Shown here: positions 1-9,562 of the stretch, in pieces
How positions within the stretch are numbered: position 1 is the stretch's first letter
How the letters are laid out: the number at the start of each line of letters is the position of its first letter
Notes under the pieces: model-generated
What the model saw: only the letters and a program-made list of their open reading frames with translations
What the model was told of the DNA's origin: nothing
The model's database searches: none
Made by a program: the position numbers and the translations under genes
IMG/VR virus record: IMGVR_UViG_3300032053_000079
Span: 1 to 60,327 of that record
Direction: 5' to 3' (one strand)
Origin: a virus
Taxonomy: Duplodnaviria > Caudoviricetes
Length of the DNA: 60,327 nt

Positions 1-125
1 TAATAAGTCTTTATGATAAGATTAAAGTTTATTATGACTATAATGCTACTCCTTCTACACTTAAATTTGTTGGACTTATTGAAAAAGTAAGTAATCAAAA
101 TGAAAATTTAAGAGTATCTGGTCGT
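1..125. repeat. Terminal direct repeat, left copy (circular assembly overlap)
   Basis: Bases 1-125 are identical to 60203-60327, and an ORF reads in frame across the junction. Confidence 0.97.
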
Positions 126-1304
126 TCTACAGGTTCTAGGGTAATGGGAATTACAGTTACTTATTCTACTACTAATTATACTCATGAGATTCTTTCTTAT
201 ATTTTAACAACTTATGCAAGTTATATTACTCAAACAAATATAGATACAACTGAGTCTACTGATGAAAGTATAACAGTAAATTGGTATCAAAAACCTTTTT
301 GGGAGTGTGTTTTAGAATTATGTAATCGAAGTGGTTATGATTGTTATATAGATAGTTCTTTTGATTTTAATTATTTTGTAAGTGGTTCTAGAGAAAATAC
401 AACAGATGCCGTAGTTCATGAATATAATTTAGTTGAAACTGGAGAATTTGCACCAGACTTATCTACAGTAAAAAATAGAGTAATTGTTTATGGTTCGGTA
501 GTCGAAGAACAACAGATTCTTTGGACAGAAGAAGATTCTAGTTCAATAGCTTCTTATGATGTAAAAGAATTGATAATTAATGATTCTAATATAATAACAG
601 TAGCACAAGCTCAAGCAAGAGCACTTTATGAATTAAGTATATCTAAAGACCCTCCAATCGTAGGAGAGGTTACTTCGATTGGATTACCTACAATTAGTCC
701 TGGAGAGAAAGTAAGAATTTCAGATCCTCTTAATGGATTAAATCCTGCTTTTTATACAATTCAGAAATTTACTCATAAATTTGATAACGACAATCCTCCT
801 ATGACAATACTTACAGTACAAAAAGAAATAAGTACAATTCCTAAAATACTTAAAAAGCGTATTACTTTTGAAACTCAAGCAATTGATAAGACTAATCCTA
901 ACGAAATGAGGTACTCTTGGTTCTTTGATTTTAATACAGATTCAGGAACACATGTTGGCAATAAAACAGAAATAGTTAATGGAGTTCTTAAATTAAAGTC
1001 TGGAGAATCAACTGGAGAATGGAATAGTGAAGTAAATGCCTTATCAGAAAATGTTACTTATTGTGAAATAAGAGCCAAAGGTTCTGGTCCTTATAGTCTT
1101 CTTTATTCTGCTACTAATACTGATGGAACTATTTATCAAGTAAGTACAGATAATGGAATTACTTATCAACCAGGAGGCACATCATCAATTCCTTTAAATA
1201 CTAAATATACATTATCTCCCCCAGGACAAAATCTTAAAATAAAAATAGTATTAAATTCAGCATCAAGTTTAATCGATAGTTGTTGCTTACTTTATAAAAC
1301 TTAA
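1..1304 (+). CDS. 3' part of tail hub/baseplate (Tal-like) protein; full ORF about 506 aa starting at 59986
   Basis: In frame with ATG 59986 across the circular junction. It follows TMP and Dit, and has segments typical of hub/tail-tip proteins (VKNRVIVYG, TISPGEKVRISD). Confidence 0.7.
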   Translation, partial: ISLYDKIKVYYDYNATPSTLKFVGLIEKVSNQNENLRVSGRSTGSRVMGITVTYSTTNYTHEILSYILTTYASYITQTNIDTTESTDESITVNWYQKPFWECVLELCNRSGYDCYIDSSFDFNYFVSGSRENTTDAVVHEYNLVETGEFAPDLSTVKNRVIVYGSVVEEQQILWTEEDSSSIASYDVKELIINDSNIITVAQAQARALYELSISKDPPIVGEVTSIGLPTISPGEKVRISDPLNGLNPAFYTIQKFTHKFDNDNPPMTILTVQKEISTIPKILKKRITFETQAIDKTNPNEMRYSWFFDFNTDSGTHVGNKTEIVNGVLKLKSGESTGEWNSEVNALSENVTYCEIRAKGSGPYSLLYSATNTDGTIYQVSTDNGITYQPGGTSSIPLNTKYTLSPPGQNLKIKIVLNSASSLIDSCCLLYKT

Positions 1305-1347
1305 ATTGTGTAAAAAACTATATAAACTAAAATATATAATAAATAAT

Positions 1348-1563
1348 ATGGTTAATGGAATCAACAATAGTCTTTGTATTGGATTAGAAGAATTTAAACA
1401 GATGAAACAGAAAGACCAAATAGTTTGTCTTTTTGAAAATCAAGTTAAAACTTTAGAATTAATTAAAGGATATAAATTTTATTATCGATTAACAGCAACC
1501 TTTGGCGGAATTCTATGTACTGGATTAGGATTTATTTTTTACTATACTTTCATTCTTAATTAA
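1348..1563 (+). CDS. Small protein with C-terminal TM helix (possible lysis accessory)
   Basis: ATG 1348 lies downstream of a TATA-like box; hydrophobic C-terminus; located after the tail genes. Confidence 0.5.
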   Translation: MVNGINNSLCIGLEEFKQMKQKDQIVCLFENQVKTLELIKGYKFYYRLTATFGGILCTGLGFIFYYTFILN

Positions 1564-1787
1564 TAACAAGTAGAATTATCATTTCTTGGTTCATCTACTC
1601 TACCGATACCATCTATGTATAATCTTCTATAATAATCGCAATTTCTTTGTAAACAAACAAACTCTCTTAGAACTATTCCTCTATGTGTATTGAATGAACA
1701 CATTGGCAAATATTCTCCGAACTCATCTTTAGGAAGATTAAATTTCATTACTTTGCTAGCTAGATTATCTTTTTTATGTCTTGGCAT
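1560..1787 (-). CDS. Small Cys/His-containing hypothetical protein
   Basis: 75-aa ORF opposite to its neighbours with a TATA-like region upstream. Confidence 0.5.
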   Translation of the reverse strand: MPRHKKDNLASKVMKFNLPKDEFGEYLPMCSFNTHRGIVLREFVCLQRNCDYYRRLYIDGIGRVDEPRNDNSTCY

Positions 1788-1888
1788 ACAATCTATAATA
1801 TATTATATTTTATATATTTTGTTACTTATAAATTGTGTAATATTAAATTATTAGAAACATTTAAAAGGATTAAAGTCTATGTTTTTAT

Positions 1889-2107
1889 ATGGTAGACAAA
1901 ACTGTAAACTATAAAGTTTCGATTGGTCTTTGGAAGTCTCTAAAGAACCTAGTTATCGTTGTAGGAATACCAGCACTAATCCTATTTGTTGATAATTGGA
2001 CTCAAATACTTCCAGAGGAATGGAGTTCTTATGCTGCACCCTTAATGGGTTTCTTAGCATATTTCGTTAAGAATTTCGTTGAAATTAAATATCTTAAAAA
2101 GAACTAA
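1889..2107 (+). CDS. Holin-like protein with two TM helices
   Basis: 72 aa, two hydrophobic helices, basic C-terminus, at the end of the late block. Confidence 0.55.
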   Translation: MVDKTVNYKVSIGLWKSLKNLVIVVGIPALILFVDNWTQILPEEWSSYAAPLMGFLAYFVKNFVEIKYLKKN

Positions 2108-2201
2108 ACTTTTGAAACTAACATGAAAATGTATTCTTATATTTGTATAGTTGAATATAATCATAGTAAAGCCAATAGGCAAACAAAAGGGAGGGAATGA
2201 A

Positions 2202-2879
2202 ATGGAAAAAGGAAATACATGGCTATTAGTTCTTTTGATTGCTTGTTTAGTAATTGGTTTAGGAACTCTAGGGGTTGCTTTTAATCAACCTGATCCTGCA
2301 AGTGCAAAAGATATAGCAAGTCAAATAGTTGTTCCTTCAGCTCCACCTGCACCAGAAATAGATATAGATGCTCTTGCAACTGCTGTAGCTTCAAAGATAC
2401 CAGCTCCTATAATTACAGAAACTGAATCTGTTACAAATACAGATTCTAGTAGTTCTGACAGACTTTGTGAACTTAAAAATAACTGTAAAGTTTGCTTTAA
2501 AAATTTTGAGGGTGAGGATTCTACATTAGCTCAGGATTATTTAAGTGAAACTAGAAGTGGAGTTGAATATAAAAGATTAAGACAAGCTGTAAAAGAGATT
2601 ACTGGACTAGGATATAATGACTATGAACTCTTTGAGGTTGGAGTAGATAATGATGGAGAACCAAAAGATTCATATAATTATGCAGTTACTTGCAAAGAAG
2701 GAGATAAAGGAAATTTCGAAACTCAATTACTTTACAGAATTGACTATCTTGAAAAAGATACTGATGAGGTAGATAATGAGATACTATATGTTTTAGTTAC
2801 TTCAACTGTTGAAGATAATGAAGATGTAAGTATTAAATCTGTTGAGAAAGTAGACAGAAAGTTCGAAATAAAGAAGTAA
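2202..2879 (+). CDS. Membrane-anchored acidic protein with Pro-rich linker
   Basis: SD GGGAGGG before ATG 2202; N-terminal TM (WLLVLLIACLVIGLG); followed by a T-rich terminator. Confidence 0.7.
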   Translation: MEKGNTWLLVLLIACLVIGLGTLGVAFNQPDPASAKDIASQIVVPSAPPAPEIDIDALATAVASKIPAPIITETESVTNTDSSSSDRLCELKNNCKVCFKNFEGEDSTLAQDYLSETRSGVEYKRLRQAVKEITGLGYNDYELFEVGVDNDGEPKDSYNYAVTCKEGDKGNFETQLLYRIDYLEKDTDEVDNEILYVLVTSTVEDNEDVSIKSVEKVDRKFEIKK

Positions 2880-2880
2880 A

Positions 2881-2913
2881 TAGTTTTTTTATTATTTTTT
2901 TTTAATATTTTTC
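2881..2913 (+). terminator. U-rich archaeal-type terminator at the end of the late block
   Basis: Several T-runs directly after the stop codon, where the two transcription blocks converge. Confidence 0.55.
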
Positions 2914-3017
2914 TAGAAAGGTAAGATAACTATGTTTTGGACATTTTAATTGTTACCTACCTATTTTATATAAGTTATATAGGTTTATATATTTTTCTAT
3001 TTAGTATAATCAAGTAT

Positions 3018-3154
3018 ATCAAGGACTAGGGACTATTTGTTAGAAGACCTAGCAACATTCTAACTGCCCCTAAAAAAGATTTGTGAAAAGAGAGAGTTTG
3101 CACTCACATTATTCTTTTAGTTTTCTAGTTTGCCGAAGCATTTTAGTCCTTGAT
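3018..3154 (-). ncRNA. Candidate structured RNA of unknown class
   Basis: 11-bp perfect closing stem (3018-3028/3144-3154), a C(UUCG)G tetraloop hairpin on the minus strand, a GTTAGAA/TTCTAAC hairpin and a GAG-UGCAAA-CUC T-loop-like hairpin. Confidence 0.55.
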
Positions 3155-3532
3155 TCATATTAATTCCTCTATTTCAATTACTGTAAAATCATTTTTACTA
3201 TCTATTTTAGAAAGATGCAAATCCCATATTTGTCTGTCATCTATATTTAATATTGGAAAAATGCTATCAATTAAGAATTTTTCTTTATTAGCTAAATCAG
3301 ATTTATATATGGTATTCTTTTTAGTAATCCAGTGTCCACTAACTGCAATTTGAACTTTTAACTTAGTTTCTTTATCAAATTTAAAATTTTTATCTGAAAC
3401 TATTTTTTGTATTCTTTCTCTTAAATCACGATATTCATTCTTTAATATTTTAACATTACCTCTATGCCAATAAGCTCCATCTATACTCGGTGTCTTTTCA
3501 AGTATTGTTATTATTAATGACTTTTTTTCCAT
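3155..3532 (-). CDS. rusA: RusA-family Holliday junction resolvase
   Basis: D-x-x-N-x-x-K...D...DD-x-Q-I pattern (SDLANKEKFLIDSIF...IDDRQI). Confidence 0.8.
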   Translation of the reverse strand: MEKKSLIITILEKTPSIDGAYWHRGNVKILKNEYRDLRERIQKIVSDKNFKFDKETKLKVQIAVSGHWITKKNTIYKSDLANKEKFLIDSIFPILNIDDRQIWDLHLSKIDSKNDFTVIEIEELI

Positions 3533-3533
3533 G

Positions 3534-3830
3534 TTATTTACTCCAAAACATAACTTTACCTACTTCATTAAAAGGTTCATTAAAATATTCTTCTTTTTCA
3601 GTAAAACCTAAATGTTTTGCTATTTCTCTCATAGTATTTGAAGGAGTAGGTATCTTAATAAATTTATACTTTTCTTTAAGTTGTTTAACTAATCTTGAAA
3701 AATCTCCTTTTCCTTTATTTTTAGATTCAATTGCAGAAATAAAAACTCCATCATCTACTTCAGTTAAATAACCATCAAAATTACTATCTAAATTAATTAC
3801 TTTAAATCCATCTTGAGTTAATGTTTTCAT
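3534..3830 (-). CDS. GNAT-fold-like protein
   Basis: KNKGKG resembles the acetyl-CoA-binding loop; ends with HLGF. Confidence 0.45.
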   Translation of the reverse strand: MKTLTQDGFKVINLDSNFDGYLTEVDDGVFISAIESKNKGKGDFSRLVKQLKEKYKFIKIPTPSNTMREIAKHLGFTEKEEYFNEPFNEVGKVMFWSK

Positions 3831-4108
3831 GTCATCACATCTTTTATCCATTCAGGTATTTTCCAATAGATTACTAATCTTTTTGTATATTTACATATAT
3901 CTCTTTTGTAATAAATAACAAGATTCTTTTTCCTCAATTCTTGACAACGGGGTGTAATCGTATTAATCGGTAATCCTAAGAATTTGCTTATCTCTAAATT
4001 TGAACATGGTTGTAAATGTTTAATTGCTTTGAGAACTAATTTTTGTCTTTCTCCTAGATTACATAATACTTCTTGAAATGCAATATAACTAGTTAATTGA
4101 TATGTCAT
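3827..4108 (-). CDS. Winged helix-turn-helix protein
   Basis: RQKLVL...SNLEISKFLGLPINTITPRCQEL wHTH pattern. Confidence 0.75.
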   Translation of the reverse strand: MTYQLTSYIAFQEVLCNLGERQKLVLKAIKHLQPCSNLEISKFLGLPINTITPRCQELRKKNLVIYYKRDICKYTKRLVIYWKIPEWIKDVMT

Positions 4109-4467
4109 TCTAAGTAGTCTAAATCATTTATACTCTTAATTTTTACGATTTCAATATTTGGATATTTTTTAATCTTTTCATTTAATTGTTCTATTGTTTC
4201 AGAAGAAAGTATCTCTAAATCTTTAAATTTTCCATCTTTCCATGCAAGAATATCCATTCTTATACCACATTTGAATATAGGTTCACACCAACAGTCATAT
4301 CCTAATTTTCTTAATCTAAGGAAAGTTTCAAATTTAAGTCTTATGTGATTTTCACTTTCAGAACCATAATAATTAAAAGAGTTCATACGACTTCCTGAAA
4401 GACTTTGGTATCTTAATTGGTTCAATACTCTTCTTTTCTCTCTTTCTTGATTTAATTTATTAACCAT
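4105..4467 (-). CDS. PD-(D/E)XK-type nuclease-like protein
   Basis: ESENH...EPIF...RMDIL...DLEI pattern. Confidence 0.55.
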   Translation of the reverse strand: MVNKLNQEREKRRVLNQLRYQSLSGSRMNSFNYYGSESENHIRLKFETFLRLRKLGYDCWCEPIFKCGIRMDILAWKDGKFKDLEILSSETIEQLNEKIKKYPNIEIVKIKSINDLDYLE

Positions 4468-4735
4468 GTCTATTACACCTACTACATAAATACATAACTT
4501 CTAATGGCTTAGAATAATCTTCATGATGTTTTTCTGTTGCCAATCTTTTTTTACACCATTCACAAATTTGTCCAATTGGAATTTTAATCTTGTTATTTGC
4601 TATATTTCTTGCTTTAGATTTTATTTGTTCTTCTGGATTTTTTTGAAAGTTCTCTACTATCCATTTTCTTAAATAAGATTCTATCTTACTATTTTCTTCG
4701 GTTGAATCTACTTCAATCTGTATTCGTTTTATCAT
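4460..4735 (-). CDS. Small HNH-like zinc-binding protein
   Basis: CxxC...HHEDYSKPLEVMYLCxxC. Confidence 0.65.
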   Translation of the reverse strand: MIKRIQIEVDSTEENSKIESYLRKWIVENFQKNPEEQIKSKARNIANNKIKIPIGQICEWCKKRLATEKHHEDYSKPLEVMYLCSRCNRHG

Positions 4736-4912
4736 TTTACCTTATAAATTTCAGTTTTTAATACTTGAATTAAATCTTCTTTATTTTTAATAAATACTTC
4801 ATAATCATTACAATCATAAGAGGTAGTTACTGAAGTTATATGGTGTTTCATACAAGTAAGTATACCTTCTTTGTTTCTATATGAATGCTGACAATTTAAA
4901 CAACTTATATTT

Positions 4913-5068
4913 TTATTCATGTTTAACTTCCTTTTCGTAAGATTCTAATGCTTTTTTTATTAATTCATCAGTATTACTAATTCCATTATGATGCAGAAAA
5001 CTTTGGATTTTTAACCAAGTAGACTCCTTGACTACAATACTTTTTGATTTTTCTTTAGTTTTTTCCAT
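4913..5068 (-). CDS. Ribbon-helix-helix protein (51 aa, below ORF-track cutoff)
   Basis: Translated by hand: MEKTKEKSKSIVVKESTWLKIQSFLHHNGISNTDELIKKALESYEKEVKHE. Confidence 0.6.
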   Translation of the reverse strand: MEKTKEKSKSIVVKESTWLKIQSFLHHNGISNTDELIKKALESYEKEVKHE

Positions 5069-5386
5069 TTTCTAACGTTCCTAATATTATTGATTTTATT
5101 TCCTTTTTCTCTTCTTTTGTATGTTTATAGTAAATTCTATATTTTCCTTTATCTTTATAAATTATAATAAAACAAGGACTTTTTAAAATTTTTTTAATTA
5201 TTTTTTCCATTATTTACCTCAATGAAATTTATTCCTTCTTGTTTACATATATCCATAAAACTATCATAAAGAGTAGTAAGTATTCTAAACTTCTCGTTTT
5301 TAGTAAAATCACTTAGACTATCAATTATTTCATTACATTTGTTTGTTAGTTCTTTATCAGACTTAATCTGTTTCAAATCTTCTATT

Positions 5387-5686
5387 TTATTGAATTTTTC
5401 CATTGTTAATTAGGTCTAAGTTTTGTCTTGATTCAATCCAACATTCTCGTTCTAAAAAGTTTAATACTTCCTGTAAATGTTTACAAATCTTACCATTTTT
5501 TAAGTTTTCTCTAGTCTGTGAATAAAAACTTCCATGAATGCAAGTACAACTTGAGTTCTTAAATAATGCTGTTCCATTTTCTATTATTATTCTTATATCA
5601 TGGGTATTTAATTTACTTCCAACTACCTGGAAATAGACTATTTTTTGGCATTCAAATGGTTGTAGTATCTCAAATTTTGTAATCAT
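5387..5686 (-). CDS. SWIM zinc-finger protein
   Basis: CxC...CKH motif (SCTC...KICKHL). Confidence 0.75.
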   Translation of the reverse strand: MITKFEILQPFECQKIVYFQVVGSKLNTHDIRIIIENGTALFKNSSCTCIHGSFYSQTRENLKNGKICKHLQEVLNFLERECWIESRQNLDLINNGKIQ

Positions 5687-5737
5687 GTTTTCTCCTATAT
5701 ATTTTATATAACTCAAATAAAAAAATAAAAAAATAAA

Positions 5738-6229
5738 TTAATCTTTGTAGTCTCTATAAACAATTTCTTCAAAGTGTTTAGCCAATTTGTCAATTACTTT
5801 AATTAAACTTCCACTATCTTTTATAAGTGCTTGTAAATTCTCGTAATCTGCTTTAACCATAAGTTCTGCAAGTTCTATTGCTCTTTGATTACAATTTTGT
5901 CTTACAATTCTTTTATCTTTTTCAAGCCAAACATTTGAATCAATAGTTTCTTTTAAAAAATCAGATGGTTTTACTTCATTAGCAGGTTTGATTTCAGGTT
6001 TACTTTCTACTTTTTCTAAGTCTACTATGTTATTATAAACTCCAGATTTTTTGAAAGTTACTTTGTAAGTTTCTCCAGCTTTTACTTCTTTAACTAATTC
6101 TGCATCAAAAGTGCTTCCAGTTAAACCATCAAAAGTCAAGACATATCTTACCCATGCACGACCATTAGTTTCTCCTGCCTTTTCTTCTTTTTCTAAAAGT
6201 TTTGATGTTTTTGATAATATTTCATTCAT
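5738..6229 (-). CDS. Putative single-stranded DNA-binding (OB-fold) protein
   Basis: Beta-rich N-terminal half (GRAWVRY...STFD...GVYNNI) plus helical C-terminus, like viral SSBs. Confidence 0.5.
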   Translation of the reverse strand: MNEILSKTSKLLEKEEKAGETNGRAWVRYVLTFDGLTGSTFDAELVKEVKAGETYKVTFKKSGVYNNIVDLEKVESKPEIKPANEVKPSDFLKETIDSNVWLEKDKRIVRQNCNQRAIELAELMVKADYENLQALIKDSGSLIKVIDKLAKHFEEIVYRDYKD

Positions 6230-6265
6230 TTTTGTACCCCCTTACATTTTTTGTATTCATATTAT

Positions 6266-6928
6266 TTATTTTTTAGGTCTTCCCCAAGTTTTAGTTTTTT
6301 TATGACAATCTTCACAAAGTGTTCTTCCATTATCTAGTGCAAATCTAAGTTCAGGAAAGAGTGAGAATGGTTTGATGTGGTCTGCATGGAGTGTTCCTCC
6401 CCTTTGTCCACAAAATCTGCATGTCCAGTTATCTCTTTTGAATACTGCCTCTCTCCAAAGTTTGTATTCCAATGAACCTCTAATCTTTTTATTTATAGGG
6501 TTTATTCCACCCTTCCAAAAATTATTCTTTTCTCCTTTTCTGGATTCAGACATTTTTCTCCTTGTTTCTATAGATAATTTTATTCCTTTTTTTGCTTTTG
6601 ATATATTTTTCTTTCCAATATCTGACATACTTTTATACTTTTTGCCTTTTTTAGCTAGACTCATTTTTAATCTAGTTTCTTTAGATATATGTTGAACTCC
6701 TTTTAATCCTTTATTCCAAGGGGGTTGTCCCTTTTTAAATCTAGTTTCTTTCCCTATACCAAGCTTTTCTCTTGCTTCATTTACTTTTTTCTTATGTTCT
6801 TTACTCAATTTTATTCCTTTCTTTGTTAAACTAATTTTTCTTTTATGTTCCTCTGATTTAGGTATTCCTAAATTAATCCTATTTCCTTTTTTGAAACTTC
6901 CTGAATTTGTTTGTATTTCTTCTCCCAT
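6266..6928 (-). CDS. NUMOD3-repeat HNH homing endonuclease
   Basis: Repeated SxETRxKMS motifs; C-terminal RDNWTCRFC...HADHIKPF...[10 protein letters not shown]. Confidence 0.9.
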   Translation of the reverse strand: MGEEIQTNSGSFKKGNRINLGIPKSEEHKRKISLTKKGIKLSKEHKKKVNEAREKLGIGKETRFKKGQPPWNKGLKGVQHISKETRLKMSLAKKGKKYKSMSDIGKKNISKAKKGIKLSIETRRKMSESRKGEKNNFWKGGINPINKKIRGSLEYKLWREAVFKRDNWTCRFCGQRGGTLHADHIKPFSLFPELRFALDNGRTLCEDCHKKTKTWGRPKK

Positions 6929-7530
6929 ATTAATTATTTTCCTCCTTTCATTAAATTATTTAATATTTCTTTTATTTTTTTGTGGTTTTTTATTAATTTA
7001 TTATTATCACAAGCGATATAGAACTTTCCTTGTATTTTACAATTCATTCCGTGTTCATCTTCAGTTATATTCTCTATTTCAACATCTTCTATAAGACTTA
7101 CAAAATGTATCCCTTCTTTTGATAACAAAGGAAATTCTAAATAGGCATTTAAATATTCTTCTGGTTTCATACCTTTTATATTTTTCATTTCTTCAGTATC
7201 AAATTTATATTTTTCATTTTCTTTAATTTTTTTGTTAATAATCTTTCTATTTTTCTTTTTGATTTTCTTTTTGATTCCATTGCTTTAAAATATTCTTTAA
7301 TTATTAGAGTTTCCCATTTGTTTGATAATTCCCACATAACTAAAAAATGGCAAAATAATTTATCTATATCGTATCTGGATTTTTTAGGAAGATTCTCTAC
7401 CCATTTCTCAAAACTTTCATAATATAAATATGGAAAAGTATATTTATATTTCTTTATATAAAACTTTCCATTTTTATATTTAAGTTCTGAATTTACTCTA
7501 ATGATTTTCTTTTTATTTATAAACCACATT

Positions 7531-7767
7531 TTATTGCCACTCCTGAATTTGTTTATTTAAAATCTCAATCTGTTTTTTATCTACTTCCATTTCACTTAAT
7601 ATAGACTTTATTTGTGCTTGTTTCTGTCTAATAGGTAAATTTAACTCTATTTCTCTCTTTAATAATTCAACTTGTAAATTACCACCTTCCATTTTTAATT
7701 CCAAATTTTCTATCTGCATTTTTTTGTTCTCTACTTCTTTTTCAGTGAGTTTTATTTCTTCAGTCAT
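7531..7767 (-). CDS. Coiled-coil hypothetical protein
   Basis: SD GGAGG; heptad-like sequence. Confidence 0.55.
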   Translation of the reverse strand: MTEEIKLTEKEVENKKMQIENLELKMEGGNLQVELLKREIELNLPIRQKQAQIKSILSEMEVDKKQIEILNKQIQEWQ

Positions 7768-8154
7768 TTTAGTCCTCCTTCAATTATTTTTTCTAACCAA
7801 CTTCTAATTTTAGGTAAATCCTTGGCTTCAAAAGATTTTCCTCTAAATTCAACATGTATCATTCTTACTTCTTGATTATTAACTAATCTAGTCTGCAATC
7901 TATAAGAGTCCAATTCGTATTTTTGATTTTTGTAGTTAAAATATGTTTTTTCCATTTTTATAAATCTTTCATCTCCATTTTCTTCTGATAATTAAGTCCT
8001 GTTTCTAATTGATTTAGACAAATTTTACAGAGGAAATCTTTCTTATTAATAAAACCATCTCCAACTGGAATTTTAAATGTAAGTTCTTTTAACTGAGATA
8101 CCCTCCAGTAACTTTTACAATTCCTACACTTACCGATTGTTAAATTATCTGTTT

Positions 8155-8538
8155 TCATTTTATATCTTTAACTATACTTATGCCTCCATTACAATTCCAT
8201 CTCATAAACCAAAAATTATTTTCAAATGAAATAGTTACTATCTGTTTTTTGTTACCTAACTCTTTTGCTTTCTCAATTAATCCCTCTTCTATGCAATAAA
8301 TATCTTCTTGAGTGCTTTCGTCACTTGACTTAAAGTAAATCAAGTCAGCATCCCATAAGAGATTATCATTTCTTTCTACTGCTGTTATTAATCCAGTATG
8401 CTCACCTTTCGTAGCTCCAATTTTATTAATTAGAATAAAAGGACTTAGTATAGCAATAAAAGCTATAAAAAATAAAATTATTGAAATTGGTATAACTGTC
8501 CACTCTTCCCAGTTTCCATATTCATCTTTAATAGGCAT
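8155..8538 (-). CDS. Single-TM membrane protein
   Basis: Hydrophobic N-terminal helix followed by a soluble domain. Confidence 0.6.
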   Translation of the reverse strand: MPIKDEYGNWEEWTVIPISIILFFIAFIAILSPFILINKIGATKGEHTGLITAVERNDNLLWDADLIYFKSSDESTQEDIYCIEEGLIEKAKELGNKKQIVTISFENNFWFMRWNCNGGISIVKDIK

Positions 8539-8751
8539 TTTTAATCATCTCCACAGATTTTTTAGGTAAGACTATACAATCTTCTTTCATATTTATTACA
8601 ATAATTGGCAATCCAAATAAATTTTGTGAATTTATCCAACTAGGTAAAGCTTCTTGTAATTTTCTATAAGTTTCGGTATTTACTATAATCAAAGCTGGTT
8701 CATCTATATCTCTTATACTTTCTTGTATGTTATCTATTATTGTTTTTTTCA

Positions 8752-9240
8752 TTATATAGTTTCTTTATTTAGTTTTGGTCTTCCTCTCGGTTTTTTAATA
8801 TTAACAGGAACAGACTCGTCAGTCTGTCCTGTAAGGCTCACAGAGGTAGCTTCAATGCCTTTTACTTGATGTTGGTTATTGCTAACCTCACTTTCACCCA
8901 AGCTCTGCTTTAAACATGTGTCCTTAAAGTTTTGTGTGGGATTATTATCAACAAGAGGGTGATTATCCACAGGTAACGAAATCTTACTCTCAATATATGA
9001 CTTTGTATCGTCTTGGGAATTTATACCACCCTGATTTGTGTCTCCAGATAAGGAATTAGAGAGTGTTCCTACATCCTTTTTTTCCTCTTGTTGAACAAAA
9101 GTTGTTTCTATTTTTTCTTTTACTTCAGTAGGTTTTGTAAATTCTTTAACTTCTTTAGGTTTAAATAATTCTTCTAATTTAGTTATTCGGTTTTCAATAC
9201 TTTCAAATCTTCTTTCTATTTCTGAATCACGCATTTTCAA
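8752..9240 (-). CDS. Hypothetical protein with C-terminal AT-hook-like RGRP; central part overlaps a structured RNA candidate
   Basis: 162-aa ORF; KKPRGRPK tail; 8805-9071 is compositionally atypical. Confidence 0.5.
   Translation of the reverse strand: MKMRDSEIERRFESIENRITKLEELFKPKEVKEFTKPTEVKEKIETTFVQQEEKKDVGTLSNSLSGDTNQGGINSQDDTKSYIESKISLPVDNHPLVDNNPTQNFKDTCLKQSLGESEVSNNQHQVKGIEATSVSLTGQTDESVPVNIKKPRGRPKLNKETI
8805..9071 (-). ncRNA. Candidate structured RNA embedded in an ORF
   Basis: Closing stem AGGAACA/TGTTCCT, a GGTTA-GCAA-TAACC GNRA hairpin, ACAGAC/GTCTGT and CTTTAA/TTAAAG hairpins, raised GC. Confidence 0.45.
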
Positions 9241-9562
9241 CTCCCTTATATTTTTCTTCTGCCCACTTTTGCATTAATTCTACATTTTTTTGTATTTCTT
9301 CTATGGTATCACCATATATCTTAATACGATATTGCCATTGTCCTTTAGCATTTTTTGTTAATTCAAAGTTTGATTTCTGTTGAATTATAGGTATATCTTG
9401 GTTTATTTCTTCCATTATTTCTTCTCCTTAATATCTATTCTTATAAGGTCTATAACTTTATAAGCAGAGATTAAATAAACTTTATCATTTATTCCTATTT
9501 CAAAGTCTATTCTTTTTAGGTTTGGTTCACTTAATTTTTCTATTATACTATTTATTTCCATT

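Noticed and set aside
1-125. Biological terminal repeat of the virion DNA
   Set aside because: It falls mid-gene and its length is typical of assembler overlap, so it shows circularity only.
2755-2775. Other CTGATGA hammerhead-like cores (also near 259, 4967, 43570, 46808)
   Set aside because: All lie in coding sequence, and I saw no flanking stems with a matching GAAA.
3150-7094. Plus-strand ORFs 3150, 3490, 6111, 6372 and 6891
   Set aside because: Antisense shadows of well-supported minus-strand genes.
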